Source of the DNA: Octopus vulgaris
Lineage: Eukaryota
Assembly (NCBI GenBank): GCA_951406725.2
Contig: OX597837.1
Coordinates: forward strand, 46,562,001 to 46,626,000
Length of the DNA: 64,000 bases
Reading direction: 5' to 3'
The first letter of the stretch is position 1. Each line of letters starts with the position of its first letter. Shown here in pieces: positions 23,066 to 35,965 of this stretch. The notes under the pieces were generated by a model. It was not told where the DNA came from. It worked only from the letters and a program-made list of their open reading frames with translations, and made no database searches. The translations under genes were made by a program, and so were the position numbers.

Positions 23066-24985
23066 ACGTAAGGATTGTCTGCAAGTTTGTTTTAATGTAC
23101 AAAGTTGACAATTTATTGTGATAGTCATTGGGATTCTTAACTTTTAAAAATAAAAGATTTCTAAGCAGCAAGTACCCCAGATGTAAAAAAAAATAGTATA
23201 CACTCCTGAAGAATAGCATAACCTGTTTGTAACCCAATCTAGCTACCATGAATCAGTGATTTGTAGTTGCTAAAAAACAACTCAGAAGCTCTTGCAGTGT
23301 TATTTTTACAGCTTAACTTTGAAACTGGACCGACAGCTGTTTTATGCTAGTTTCACTAAGACATGAATGTTGATCTCTTTTGAGAGTGGAATGTTGAGCC
23401 ACGGTTTGCTATGGCTTCATGTGTTTGAACTTTCATGCTTTTATTATTACATGGGATCTTAAGGCGGTGAGCTGACAGAATTGTGATCTTAAGGCGGTGA
23501 GCTGACAGAATTGTTAGTACGCTGGGCAAAATGCTTGGCAGCAGTTTGTCCGTCTTTATGTTCTGAGTTCACGTGACCAGTGTTTGCCCGATCCTGACCT
23601 TTCTTTCTTGGTTCGACTACCATCTGTGCAACATCTATATTCCTCCCGCTGCCTGTCAAATCTCATGTCCCTGCCATAGGGCTTCACTTCCACACACGCC
23701 AGCTTAATTTAATTCGTCCTTAGTCGAAAGACACCTGTTGTTATGTCCTGTTATTTGCATTTGTATTTGTGTAACATTTCTCAATAATAAAATATTTTGC
23801 ATTTTATGCATAATAATCAGAGTAACCTTCATAATTTCATTGAATTTGGTGCATATTTTGCCATAAAAGGAAAATGTTACTATTGATCTATTGCATTCAG
23901 GATAGGCAGTGCCTACCTTGCCTACCCAGGTGTTAACATCCCTGATATATACATACATATATATATATCACTTGGTAAATTTTAGGCATTTTGGGATTTC
24001 CATAGAGTCTTGCTCTCTCTGTATTTTATTGCTTACGCCACCATCACCTCCACCACCAAACCACTAGAATCACTGCTGATACTTGGTGGTATTCATTGTT
24101 TTTTGAGGCAAGAGTTTATAGGAATAACTTTCATGGCATTTTTTTTGTCTGTCTTCATATCTTGGCAACATCAGTTGCTCTTTTTTGTATTCACTAACAG
24201 CTTTACTTCTTTTCTACACACACACGCACATCAGATACATATACATATACACACATATATACACTCACATATATACCCAACCCATTCCAGCATGGAAAAC
24301 AAATGATGATGATAATGATGATTGTGTGTATATATATATATTTATCTGTGTGTGTGTATATATATATATATACACACACATACACACACATGATGTGCAT
24401 GAAGCAAATTTAAGGGTCCACAGTCAGTTTCCCCATGTTGTACTTATCCTAACACGTTACTGACAAAGTTGGCATGTCTTCTTCGTTATCTTCATTGTCC
24501 CCACCACTGGCATCATCATCATCATCATTACAACCATGACCTTCACCATTAGCATTGCATTCAATCCATTTATCCATTTTGGCATCGGTGCAATGAAACT
24601 GCGATACGTTGACCTTTTCATTGCATCTTGATTTTGCAATGAAAAAGTCTGCAGTACATGCTCAGATTCCACGTTTGTTCATTCATACCATTTCTTTGAA
24701 TGACTGCCACCCCCCACCACTCCTTCAGCTGCTGCTTCTCTTCTTCCTCTAACTATATTATAAGCCAAGGTGGGGGGGGGGGATTGGCTCTTCTGATCTG
24801 ACTTACACTTGGCACACAACTTAAAGATGATGAAATATTAGGTGGTGATCCAACAATCCATGAAAAGCTGTGTGCTTATTTTATATATATATGCATGTGT
24901 ATGTATGTTCATATGAACACTTAAACACTGATACATATATGGTACATTTTTCTTCCTTGTTCTTGTGTGTGTGTGAGTAGAAAAT

Positions 24986-25067
24986 CATTGTAATGCCATG
25001 ATAGACCGTGAAGTCTGGCGTAACATAGTAAATTCCATTGTCTCAACCACGGCTGAACAATGATGAT
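24986..25067 (+). mobile_element. Extreme 5'-truncated RTE-clade LINE tail with 9-bp TSD
   Basis: gaccgtgaagtctggcgtaacatagtaaattccattgtctc...gaacaatgatgat, same tail as 49913-50230; gtagaaaat at 24977-24985 and 25068-25076. Confidence 0.75.
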
Positions 25068-25089
25068 GTAGAAAATATTCAGCATACCT

Positions 25090-25465
25090 TTTTTTTCTAT
25101 CTTTTGTTTCAGTCATTGGACTGGAGCCATGCTGGGGCACTGTTGTTAAGGGTTTTGGTTGAACAAATTGACCCCAGTACTTATTTCTAAACATTTTTTA
25201 AAGCCTGGTACTTATTCTGTTAGGGCATAAACAAACCAACACTGGTTGTAAAGCAATGGTGAGGGACAAATACAAAGACACACAGATAAACACATACTCA
25301 CACACACATGACAAGCTTCTTTTAGTTTCCCCTTTACTAAATCCACTTGAGGGTTTGATCAGCCCAAGACTATAGTAAATGGTATGTACCCAAAGTGCCA
25401 CACGGTGGGACTGATCCTGGAACTATATGACTGAGTAGCAAATTTCTTACCACACAGCCGTGCTT
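25090..25465 (-). mobile_element. Full-length CORE-type SINE
   Basis: ttgtttcagtcattggact...cttaccacacagcc is the reverse complement of the family consensus. Confidence 0.8.
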
Positions 25466-25807
25466 ACATCCATGTGTGTGTGTATGCTTGTTTTTATTTT
25501 AAGTTATATATAAAAATTTAAAGACTAAAAATTACTCAATGCTTTCAAGTCAAACTTTTACGCACACACACACATGCCCTGTTACTCTGGAGTTTCATTG
25601 GTGTGTAGCTGCTTCTTTGAGACAAGTTTGGCTTGTCTTAAATGTAGCTGTGTGCCACAGTAGCATGAGGTGAGAGACTTGTATTCATGGGCAACTTCTA
25701 GACTTCCACAGAAACACTTGCCCAGGCCTATGGACTTTGGAAAGTAACTTTCCAGAAACCCATGGTCACTGGAAGCAACCCTGTATATAAACATATTTAT
25801 ATATATA

Positions 25808-26020
25808 TCACCTTGACCGACCAGTCCGTCAGGCGTCCATTTGACACCACTGGTCACAGCACGCTGTCCACTCCTCTCTGGATCACGCCTTTCTCATCCA
25901 CGTGACCCCAATTGTCCTCCTGAAATCGTAACTCCACCGTCGTGGAGGTCTTCCGGGTGGTCTTTTTCCGCTCACGCGGGTACCACTCGACAACTGCGTG
26001 CGTCCACCAATTATCGGTGA
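25808..26020 (-). mobile_element. RTE-clade LINE 3' fragment
   Basis: Minus peptide TDNWWTHAVVEWYPRERK / PPGRPPRRWSYDFRRTIGVTW (frameshift) matches the RTE C-terminal W.PR..R..GRP..RW motif. Confidence 0.75.
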
Positions 26021-26499
26021 CACTTTTATTATTTTTCTTCCACTTGTTTTGACCTTTGGACTGCAGCTTTGTGTATGCGTTTATCTGTGCCTGCATATCT
26101 GCATCTGTATGTTTTACTAATTTGTCTTTTTAGAAAGTATTGCCAAACCCATCCTCCGTTGCACCTAGTCAAATCCTTTAGCTACCAGATGTGTATGAGA
26201 GTGAGGATGAGGTAGTGTTTACTCAATAATGGAACATACATAAAATTAAATAACCATCTAAATATTACTTAGTGTACTGTCTCTAAAGAGCATTTGTAAT
26301 GAACAGTGCTTAGATATGCCCTAATGGCACACATCAAATGTATACACCCACCTACCTAGTGACATGTTTGTGTGTGTGAATGTGCTATTTCTGTCTGGTT
26401 CACATTTTCTGCACTATCTGTAGACAGCACAATATCAATTTGGATATATGGCATTCACTTTTTAGAACAAGGATGAAGCTTACCTAATTGTAATGTTTA

Positions 26500-26701
26500 A
26501 CAGATGCTCTGTGTTTCTTTCAATTAAATTTAAATATAACAAAGAATTTAGTAAAATAACTTAGTTATCATTAAGCTAGTGTCAGGAGCATAAATTGTGA
26601 CTAAGGTTTGGTGGAAGATTTTAATTCAAAACTTATGAAAACAAAACATTTGTACTCAGGGCCAGAGGTGGTTTCAGCTGGGTTGGTAACGAAAAGGTTA
26701 A
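26500..26701 (-). mobile_element. piggyBac-like MITE family 2 (partial)
   Basis: Body matches 62216-62442 and the reverse complement of 31823-32050; ends ggtaacgaaaaggTTAA. Confidence 0.75.
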
Positions 26702-26774
26702 CACAAAGTACCCTACATTTGGTACCTGTGGTATGCTATGGCTAAACACACACACACACATACACCCTAGAATA

Positions 26775-26990
26775 TATCATCATCATCATTTACTGCCCAT
26801 TTTCCATAATGGTATGGGTTGAACTGTTTTGACTGGAGCTGATAAGACCAGGGGCCTCACCAAGCTGCATTGTCTATTCTGGCATGCTTTTTATGGCTGG
26901 ACGACCTTCCTAATGCCACCCACTCAACAAAGTGTCCTGGGTGGTTTTTCTTTGGCACCATCACCAGTGCTTTTAGCATGGCACTGGTAC
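26775..26990 (-). mobile_element. RTE-related (GAT)n-tailed element (diverged)
   Basis: catcatcatcattt...ttttccataatggtatgggttg...ccttcctaatgcca. Confidence 0.65.
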
Positions 26991-27192
26991 TTAAATACAC
27001 AGATAACTGTTATATATCATGTTTGATGACTAAGTCACATGGGCAGATTAGATGGAACCTGATTTCAGTAGCAAATATTTAGGACAACAGTTTTTAGTGC
27101 ATTAAAGCTTATAGAAGGCCCAACTTCACGTACAGGGCCCCAGGTGATTTTTTTGAGCCCTTTCTTTTCGCGAAAAAAAAGTGTCTTATATG

Positions 27193-27351
27193 CCTATTTC
27201 TTTACTACCCACAAGGGGCTAAACACAGAAGGGACAAACGGATATAATCGACAAACAGATTAAGTCGATTATATCGACCCCAGTGTGTAACTGGTTCTTA
27301 TTTAATCGACCCCGAAAGGATGAAAGACAAATTCGACCTTGGCGGAATTTG

Positions 27352-27352
<1 letters not shown>
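27193..27352 (-). mobile_element. Meta-domain-type SINE (3' part)
   Basis: cctatttctttactacccacaaggggct...cgaccccgaaaggatgaaag. Confidence 0.85.
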
Positions 27353-27394
<42 letters not shown>

Positions 27395-28214
27395 TTGTGT
27401 ATGTAATGTGTGTGTTTGTGTGTAGGGAACAGCTTTACTTTTAAATGAATATTGAATAGACAGCTGTTTCAGTTTATCTTTTGTATTGGTCATGGTTGGA
27501 ATAGTTTTGGTCAAAAGTCTGCTTTATTTGAGTTTTTAGAATTATTTTGGAAGAGGATTCCAGTTGTACAGCAGAAAGTGTTCAGAAAATTCCTCAAGTA
27601 TTGTCACCATGAAATGTGTGTTTTATACCTGGTGTATTCTTTGATCAGACATAAAAAAGACTGTTGTTGATGAAAGAGAATGTTTATGGACTCTAAGCAA
27701 CCCCTGTTTTGCTAGGTCATTCACTGGTAGAACAAAGGGAAAAAAAGATAAAGAAAAACGATATGAAGTATAGGAACTAGGACATTGTGGCAAGTAAAGT
27801 GTTCCATATTTTCTACAAAGAACAAAACAAAAAAACACAAACGGAAAATAAAAGAATATAAAAGAGGCTGAATTAATGTTATACAGTTGCAGATAAAGTA
27901 TTGTAGAATTCTCACATGGTCTATTTTTATATCTAGTCTTGCCTTAAAATAAACAAGTTGGTAGAAAATAGTACTCTATGTGCTGGAATCTAAAACAACA
28001 AAAAACAAAAAATGATAATAAGCAGGTTATTAACGTTGAGAGTATTTTTGTTTTATTCTCTATAAAGAATTTCGATAGAAGTCGTTGAAAGAAAGAAAAG
28101 TTTAATTGCTTTTTTTTTTCTAAACCATAATGTTATTCGTAAAATTAGCTTTTGACTGGAGTGTATTATTTCTGGCGGACATCGTATTTTATTTCCCTTT
28201 CTCCACATGGGTAG

Positions 28215-28337
28215 CAGACATCACCCTGTGTTTGAGAAGCTTGCTTTGCAAAAGCATGGTTTTAGGTTCAGTCCCACTCTGCGGCACCTTGGGCAAGTGT
28301 CTTTTATTGTAGCTACAATAAAAGACACTTGCCCAAG
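28215..28337 (+). mobile_element. CORE-type SINE 5' part ending in a perfect 50-bp palindrome
   Basis: ggttcagtcccact...cttgggcaagtgtcttttattgtag|ctacaataaaagacacttgcccaag. Confidence 0.8.
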
Positions 28338-28380
28338 TTATCAGCATTGAAACTGGATCGAATATTTTCGATGTAATGAG

Positions 28381-28606
28381 CTCATTTAGCATTCAGATTA
28401 TTGTGTGAAATGTAAATGCTTGTTTATTCATTGTTTTGCATTAATCATGCATTTATCTCATAGCTTTGAGATTTCGGTGATATGATTGTTTGTTTTTAGA
28501 ATGACATTGTAGGGCAGGTGTAAGGGGCCGAATCTTGCTGGTTTAAATGTAAAACAGGTAGAATATTTGGGTCAGATATGGGCCTGTTTAAATGCTAAAG
28601 TGTTAA
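28381..28606 (+). mobile_element. piggyBac-like MITE family 1
   Basis: tttagcattcagatta...aaatgctaaagtgTTAA. Confidence 0.75.
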
Positions 28607-28787
28607 AGATCTAATAGAAATACACGAGGAACATTTGTTACCATATTTCTATTGAAATACGTTACCTTTGATTCACTTAATTAAAAAACTAATCGAAGAA
28701 TTTAGTTAAAGTAACTTTGCTAGTATTATTCTGGTGTTTGGAACATAAATTAACTTGAAATTCTGATGGCAAACTTTAATATATATC

Positions 28788-29074
28788 AACATCAAAATAA
28801 ATATCAAATGGAAGTTGTAGTTATGATACCTGTGCCGGCGGCACGTAAAAGCACCATCCGAACGTGGCTGATGCCAGTGCCGCCTTGTCTGGCACGTAAA
28901 AAGCATCCACTACACTCACGGAGTGGTTGGCGTTAGGAAGGGCATCCAGCTGTAGAAACACTGCCAGATCAGACTGGAGCCTGGTGCAGCCTCCTGGCTT
29001 CCCAGACCCCAGTCGAACTGTCCAACCCGTGCTAGCACAGAAAACGGATATTAAACGATGATGATGATGATGAT
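28788..29074 (+). mobile_element. RTE-related non-autonomous element with (GAT)n tail, well-preserved copy
   Basis: ggcacgtaaaaagca subrepeats; gtggttggcgttaggaagggcatccagctgtagaaac (motif I associate with RTE 5' UTRs); 3' acggatattaaac(gat)6. Confidence 0.8.
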
Positions 29075-29078
29075 CAAT

Positions 29079-29304
29079 TTAATCCAGAATTCAGCCTTCT
29101 CTGTTGAATGTAATGCTTATTTATTCACATTGGTTTGAATTAATCATGAATTATCTCATAGCTTTGTGATTTAAACGATGTGATTGTTTATTTTTAGAAT
29201 AACATTGTTGGGTAGATGTGAAGAAGCCAGGTCTGGCCAATGGGAACATAAAGCAAGTAGGATGTTTGGACTGGATGTGGCAGGTTTAAAAGCTAAAGGG
29301 TTAA
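29079..29304 (+). mobile_element. piggyBac-like MITE family 1 (diverged)
   Basis: TTAA...tgtaatgcttatttattcacattg...gctaaagggTTAA. Confidence 0.7.
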
Positions 29305-30497
29305 AAGAAGCTCAATGATTAATATTATTTTAATAAATTTGGTAACTAAGCATGAAATGTTATTCCAGGCATATTTCAGTCTTAAGGCACCTCTCTTTTG
29401 TAAGACAAACTTCACTGTATTTGCTGAAGCAGTAGTGAAAGAGTAGATCACTGAGGAGACGTTTACAAGAGTAAAAAATTAGCATTAGAATATTAAAAAC
29501 TACTGATGCCATCCAAATGAAAAACAATAAATTAGTTATCTCGTTACGTACCAAAATGATTTTAATTATATAAGGCATTGAGTTAACTTTTTTTTTTCTC
29601 CTCACTACCTATATATTTCTAATTAGATTTTTGGTGCTCGTTGCTTTGGAGTATGGTTATGTAGACTGCATTACTGCATAATTAACCTCAGCAACTAATT
29701 ATTATTTTAGATATAATAGCTTCAGCTCTTTAGCTTACCTTCTTCTTGTAAGCTCTGTTGCATGACCGATTTAAAATAATATTATTCTTAGAGGTCTTTT
29801 GTTTGTTTACTTTGTTTAACTAAACCAGGGTTTCAAGTGCACATGTAACTCTTCCTCTTTTTGCATCATCATCATCATTACTTCCTTTCCGCCCCCTCCC
29901 CATTTGCCTCTACTTTTCAACTTTCTATTTCCCCCAACTATTAAGTATTCTTTTCAATAAGCATCTTGTTTTGCTTGATATGGTCTTTTCAGATTTCAGA
30001 TTTTGTTTCTATTAACCCTTTTCATACGAATCCACCCTACACTGCCACCGTCTCATATTATCAGTCTGTGAATTCATATTGGAAGTAAATTCCTTACCGA
30101 AATATTATTTACTTCCATGAAAGACAATGCAAGATTTTCACTGAGTAAAAATTCCTTTTATCTATGAATTATCTCTGCTAATGTTTTAATATAAATGTTA
30201 CTTGACATTATAATAATCAATTTGAGAAGAACAAAAATGCAACGAGACAACTGATGGGACGTAAGCCACGACCTTTTGCCTGGGGCTTGGAATGACTGAA
30301 TTTGGTCATTATTTAAGCTGGTGTTTGGAAAATAAATTAACATCAGACATTGATGGAAGCTTTTAATATAGACTTTTACTCAGGCACTGGCAGAATTGTT
30401 TGGATGCTGGGCAAAATGCTTATCGGCATTTGTCTTTATGTTCTGATTTCAAATCCCACTGAGCTCAATTTTGCCTTTTGTTCTTTCAGGGTCAGTA

Positions 30498-30730
30498 AGT
30501 ACCTATTTCTTTACTACCCACAAGGGGCTAAACACAGAGGGGACAAACAAGGACAGACAAACGGATTAAGTCGATTATATCGACCCCAGTGCGTAACTGG
30601 TACTTATTTAATCGACCCCGAAAGGATGAAAGGCAATGTTGACCTTGGCAGAATTTGAACTCAGAACGTAACGGCAGACGAAATACTGCAAAGCATTTCG
30701 CCCGGCGCGCTAACGTTTCTGCCAGCTCGC
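30498..30730 (-). mobile_element. Young, CpG-rich Meta-domain-type SINE inserted into an older plus-strand copy (~30380-30800)
   Basis: Near-identical to 11579-11810; flanks continue an older + copy (agggtcagtaagtac...gcactggggttg). Confidence 0.85.
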
Positions 30731-31822
30731 GGAGCACTGGGGTTGCTGTAATCAACTACCCCACCCTCACTGTCGCTAAATTGCTGACCTTTGAAACCAA
30801 TGTATACTTTTACCTTTGAAGTTGGGCTGCAAATGGGAATTTACTATACTACAAAGTAGTATAAATCTCTGTTGATTCACCAGAAACAATAAATTACAGA
30901 ACTCAATACAAGTGTAGAGTATTCTTCAATATACCTCATGACTGAAAGGCTCCAATTTCCAGTACTCAGAGTTGCTCATTTCTGATCTTCAGCTGATAAA
31001 CCAATTTTGCTCTGGTTCAGAGGAAAAAAGCATTGGTTTTTGAGATGATTAATTAAAAGGTTTTATTGATATATGTTTTAATATGTGTGTGCATATCAAT
31101 AAGTGAGTTTATGTACATAAGCATACGTAAACATATACATGTATATATATATATGTGCAAATGAATATATAATTCTGTGTATATATGTATCTATGGGTGT
31201 GCATATGTCTACATATATGCGTCTGCACAGATGCATGCAAGATGAACAGCCTCACTCATTGTTTTTAGAAACATTAATTAAAAACATTAATTAAAAGTAT
31301 TAATTAAAAGCATTATTTTGGAACATCTCTAAACAGCTTTGCAATTCGATTGTACAGAGTTTATGACGCTTATTTTTTAAAAATCATCTCCACAGATTTT
31401 CTATGGAAATTAGAGCCAACACTGGAAGTTGCAATGTTTTGTATACAAATATGTCTGTGTAAACAATGTGATTGAAGATAGAAAATAGGTAGGGGCTGTG
31501 TGTATGCACACTGTTGCTCCTTCTTTTCTTCAGCACCACACCCGACCCATAAGCCATCCACGAACACATTGCTTATGCAACTATAATATACTTACAAGTG
31601 TATTCTTTTCTACTCTAGGCACGAGGCCCAAAATTTTGGGGAGGGGGCCAGTTGATGAAATTGACCCTCAGTACGCAACTGGTACTTAATTTATCGATTT
31701 AGGATTTAAAACATAGGGCTAAGGGACCTTATATTGAAAGTAGTTTAGCTTAGTTTAAGTGTCTTACTGAAAAAGTTGTGCAGTCCCAGTTCAGCCCTAA
31801 ATCACAATCAGAACACCTGTGA

Positions 31823-32050
31823 TTAACCCTTTCGTTACCAACCTGGCTGAAACCGGCTCTGGCTCTTTTGTACAAATGTCTGGTTTTCAAAAGTTCTGAA
31901 TTAAAATCTTCCACCAAACCTTAGTCACAATTTATGTCCCTAACTCTAGCTTAATGATAACAAAGTTCTTTTACTAAATTCTTTGTTATATTTAACATAA
32001 TTGGAAGAAACACCGAGCATCTCAAAATAAATTCAGTAACGAAAGGGTTT
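31823..32050 (+). mobile_element. piggyBac-like MITE family 2 (TIR CCCTTTCGTTAC), nested in a family H remnant
   Basis: TTAAccctttcgttacc ... agtaacgaaagggtt. Confidence 0.8.
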
Positions 32051-33303
32051 CCAGTTGTAGCTTCATAGCTCAGACATTTTGTATCTAGGACCACAATGTG
32101 ATATTAGGGTATCATTTGAGGGAGTTTTGACACACACACACACACATGCACACTCACACAGGCACACTGACAGACATGTACACATGCATATATGCATATG
32201 TATACATGCTAATACAGAAACTCTTGTACAGATTAACACAGAGTATAACAAGTCACAGCATAGAGTAACACATTCACACACACAGACAAAATAATGCATA
32301 CACACAGTTGCACAGACACCCACAGCAACATTCCTGAACACAGAAATGCTCACATACACACACACACGCGTACACACTAAAGTACAAAATTTTTTATTAC
32401 TATTTACAAATTGCCTAATTACTAAGTAAAAAGAAAACAAATACTAAAACCGTTGTGTTTTTATTGGGTGTTTAGCTTTTAAAATTTATTTTACATCTTC
32501 ATTTTCAAAGAATAATCTTGAATTCTTTCCTCTTCACACCTAATAATAATTAGTTCTGTTGTATGTGTGTTGTGTGTGTGTATGTGTGTTGTGTGTGTGT
32601 ATGTGTGTCTGTCATGTGTGTGTTTGTGTGTCCATGTGTGTATGTGTGTGTTTGCCTGTGTGTTTGTGTTTGCAGCCAAAATTTTTTTAGACTTGGAAAT
32701 AATAATTTTTTTTTTTAAATTTCATTTCACAACTTAACACAAAAAAGCAACTGACAAAGAATTAAGAGTCTTTATCAAGATAGACAGTCAGTAAATTTTA
32801 AATTGAAGAAAATAGCCTTAAAAAAATATTCATTATATTTATTTATGTATTTTTTAGTCACAAGGAATTTCAAAGAAATTAATTAGTGCGGAAGATATGT
32901 GTGCAATTGTCCATAGCCCCTGCTTTTTTTAATTGATATATTTTTTCTTAACACGACCTGTTAAATCCAGAATAGTTGGAGGATGGAAAGAAATAGTTTG
33001 GAAGTAGCTCAGTGTAATTATGGGGTTGTGGGAGTAAATTATAATTATTTTTCTGATTACATAATAATAGTACACGAGGATATGACTATTTTGTTGTAAT
33101 ACTGTAAGGAATACAGAACCATCACCACCACCACCACCAACATCATTTTAACATTCATTGTTCCTTGCTTGGGTTGGATGGAGCTTATATTGAGACCGAT
33201 GTTTCTTTGTCTGGATGCTCCTCTTGGCACCAGGCCTCACCTGTTTCCTCATGGCCAGACACATTCTCACAGACTATTAGAAACGAATGACATTCATTTA
33301 CAC

Positions 33304-33525
33304 CAGAGGTTCTCAATCAGGGTCCAAATAAGAGTTTTTTTTTAGAATTTATGTGCCATTAATTGCTTTTAGTTCTCCAATACACAAAATATTTTAACAT
33401 TGCTAATAATATTAAATTATAAAAAACAGTAGGATATTTTACACACATTGAATTGCCATGGCGGTCCAGTAGAGTAAAATAGGAATCAAAGGGGTCCATA
33501 GGCAGAAAAGGGTTGAAAACCACTG
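33304..33525. mobile_element. hAT-like MITE
   Basis: TIR cagaggttctcaa / ttgaaaaccactg; 8-bp flanks atttacac / acttatac (6/8). Confidence 0.65.
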
Positions 33526-33569
33526 ACTTATACCAATCATATGATGTCAGGGTAAAGTGACACAGACAT

Positions 33570-33583
33570 AAACACATACTCAT

Positions 33584-33614
<31 letters not shown>

Positions 33615-33760
33615 TGATGAGCTTCCTTCAGTGTCCCTCTACCAAATCTATGCACCAGGATGTAATGGAAGACACATGACCCAAGGTGCCACACAGAGGG
33701 ATTGAACCTGGGACCCCATGAGGAAGAAGCAAGCTTCTAAACTTTTAAGTCATGCTTGTG
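33570..33760 (-). mobile_element. CORE-type SINE 5' half
   Basis: ccttcagtgtccctctaccaaatct...cccaaggtgccacacagagggattgaacc. Confidence 0.65.
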
Positions 33761-34869
33761 CTGATATATATCTACATTTTTTTAGCCAACACTGCATACT
33801 GGACAGATGTAAAATTCCTTGTTTGTGAATATCTTTGTGGGTAAAAAAAAGGGAACAGTTTGACTAATTTCAGCCCTTTATGGTGATTTTATCCATGATT
33901 AAGTATCGTTCGTTATCCGTGGAAATACTACTTATAAAATCACTAAAGACTTTGGAAACACACACACACACATGCATACTACAAAGTAGACACACACACA
34001 CACACACTACAAGTTAGACCACACACATGTACATTTTAAGATACGACTATTTATAGGCTTTCCACCCCCGCTCATACGCACAATGGAAATACTGTATTCC
34101 CATAAAGTTTGCCGTAACTTGAAATTCCATCAAGCAAAACTCGTTTTTCTATTAACTTCCATTTTTATTGCCTCCAAAACAACATGGAAATCCATGGGAA
34201 AATAGGTTTTGCATGATGGAATCCTACATTGCAACAAGACTTTCAAGAATGCAATGCTTCATAATGTGGGAGTGCTGTAGAGAAGAAGGAAAGCTTGAAA
34301 TAGTCTCAGACTTTATTTCTTGTTCATACCTCTGTGTATGTGTGAATCTAATGACCTGGTTATTGACCTCTGTTTTTTCGTATCTTTGGGAGTTGCTTTC
34401 TACTCTCGCTTAATGTGTTTCACTGTTTTGTTTTTTTCATTTATTTCTTTTTATATTCCATGCTAAATATGAAAGAGCTTTTGTTTCTCAGTTCTAGTCT
34501 CTATCTTGCACAGATGGAACCTTCTCACCAAATATGCTGACAACTTTACTGGAAGAATTTTGACAGAGGTGTTAAAGAATGACTGTATTATTTTACAAGA
34601 ATAAATTCACAATATATGTCTGTTCCTCCTGGTAACAACAATAGCTGATGATATATAGGTAGATGGGTAGAGAGACAGGTAGTTAAATTTAAAATATTGA
34701 CGTTAAATTTGATTTTAAATATAGATATGTTATCCTACCTCCAACTCAATCACAGTTTCCTATATTTAGATATAAAAATCAGAAAAAGAAAGAAAAATAG
34801 ATTTGATTTACTGTGCATCTCCTTGGGCAAGTGTTTCTTTTTTTAACCATTTACTTGAGTTGACTAATG

Positions 34870-35080
34870 CCTTCATCATCATCATCATCAACATTTATTG
34901 TCCATTTTCCATGCTGGCATGGGTTGGACAGCTTGACAGGAACTGGTAAGGCCATGGGCTGCACCAGGATCCATTGTCTGTTGTGGCATGGTTTCTTCAG
35001 CTCGATACCCTTCCTAATGCCAACCACTTTACAGAGTGTACTGGGGGCTTTTTATGTGGCACCAGCCCCAGTGCATTTTA
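34870..35080 (-). mobile_element. RTE-related (GAT)n-tailed element
   Basis: (cat)n...ttttccatgctggcatgggttggacag...cccttcctaatgccaaccact. Confidence 0.75.
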
Positions 35081-35759
35081 CATGACACTTTGGTTTTAGG
35101 ATCTCAGTTCTGTTGTGGTGGGTTAGGGTTTTCTCATACAACATGCCACATTCCTTGTGAGGGAAATTTGTTTGAATGAAACTGTGGAAGCCAGTTGTGT
35201 GTGATTTACTGATGTAAACTGAAGTGCCACTGTTCTACAAATGAAGTTCTTTGCAATATTTGTTTTGCACTGAGTTATTGATGCTCCCTTGTCCCACTCA
35301 CCATAAGCAATGAACCAAATCATTGTTTACTTTATGGGGGAACCAGTAATCAATGATGAATTGGTCATCAACTGCAATGTTAAATAAATAAATGTCTGTT
35401 TCACTGATGGTGTCGTTATGAGATCAAAAGCTGTTTAGATTCGTGTGTCAGAGACATGCTGGAATAAAGCAAATTGATGTGGAAGGATTGGGCTTGATAG
35501 ATTCTTTGTATGTCCAATGCTTTGGATATGCAAATATAATCTATCCAACACTTCTATGTGGGTTTTAAAATTAATGTACTTTCTGCAGCTATCTAATCTT
35601 TATTGTGGATAATCTGTTTTCCGGACATAGGATCCATTTTTTTAAAGCCAGCACAAGGTCTTGTTTTTTTTTTGTATTGGTCATGTGACTATAGAAGGTG
35701 TTATGGTTTGCAGTTATAGGGTTAGTTTTTCTACCCAATCATTAGATCTTGCACACAAC

Positions 35760-35935
35760 AAACCAGCAAAGGAGTGATCATTTATTAGAAATAGCAGTCA
35801 ATTCTCATCTTAAAAAAGGGAGAATAGATTGGCTAATGTTGTCTTAGATACACAATGTCTAAATAAAAGACAGAATGGTCACAGTTGAAACTTATCTAAT
35901 CATATAACTGCTGAATCAGGACTGTCTAAGCAAAA
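35760..35935 (+). mobile_element. Family H copy (degenerate)
   Basis: aaccagcaaaggag...tagaaatagcagtcaatt...ttaaaaaaggg...aaagacagaatggtcacag. Confidence 0.6.
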
Positions 35936-35965
35936 ACCCATGGGTCCTTAATGGAGCATCAACAT

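Noticed and set aside
34514-34631. Possible exon after a pyrimidine tract ending in cag
   Set aside because: All three frames hit stops before the candidate donor, and no peptide is recognisable
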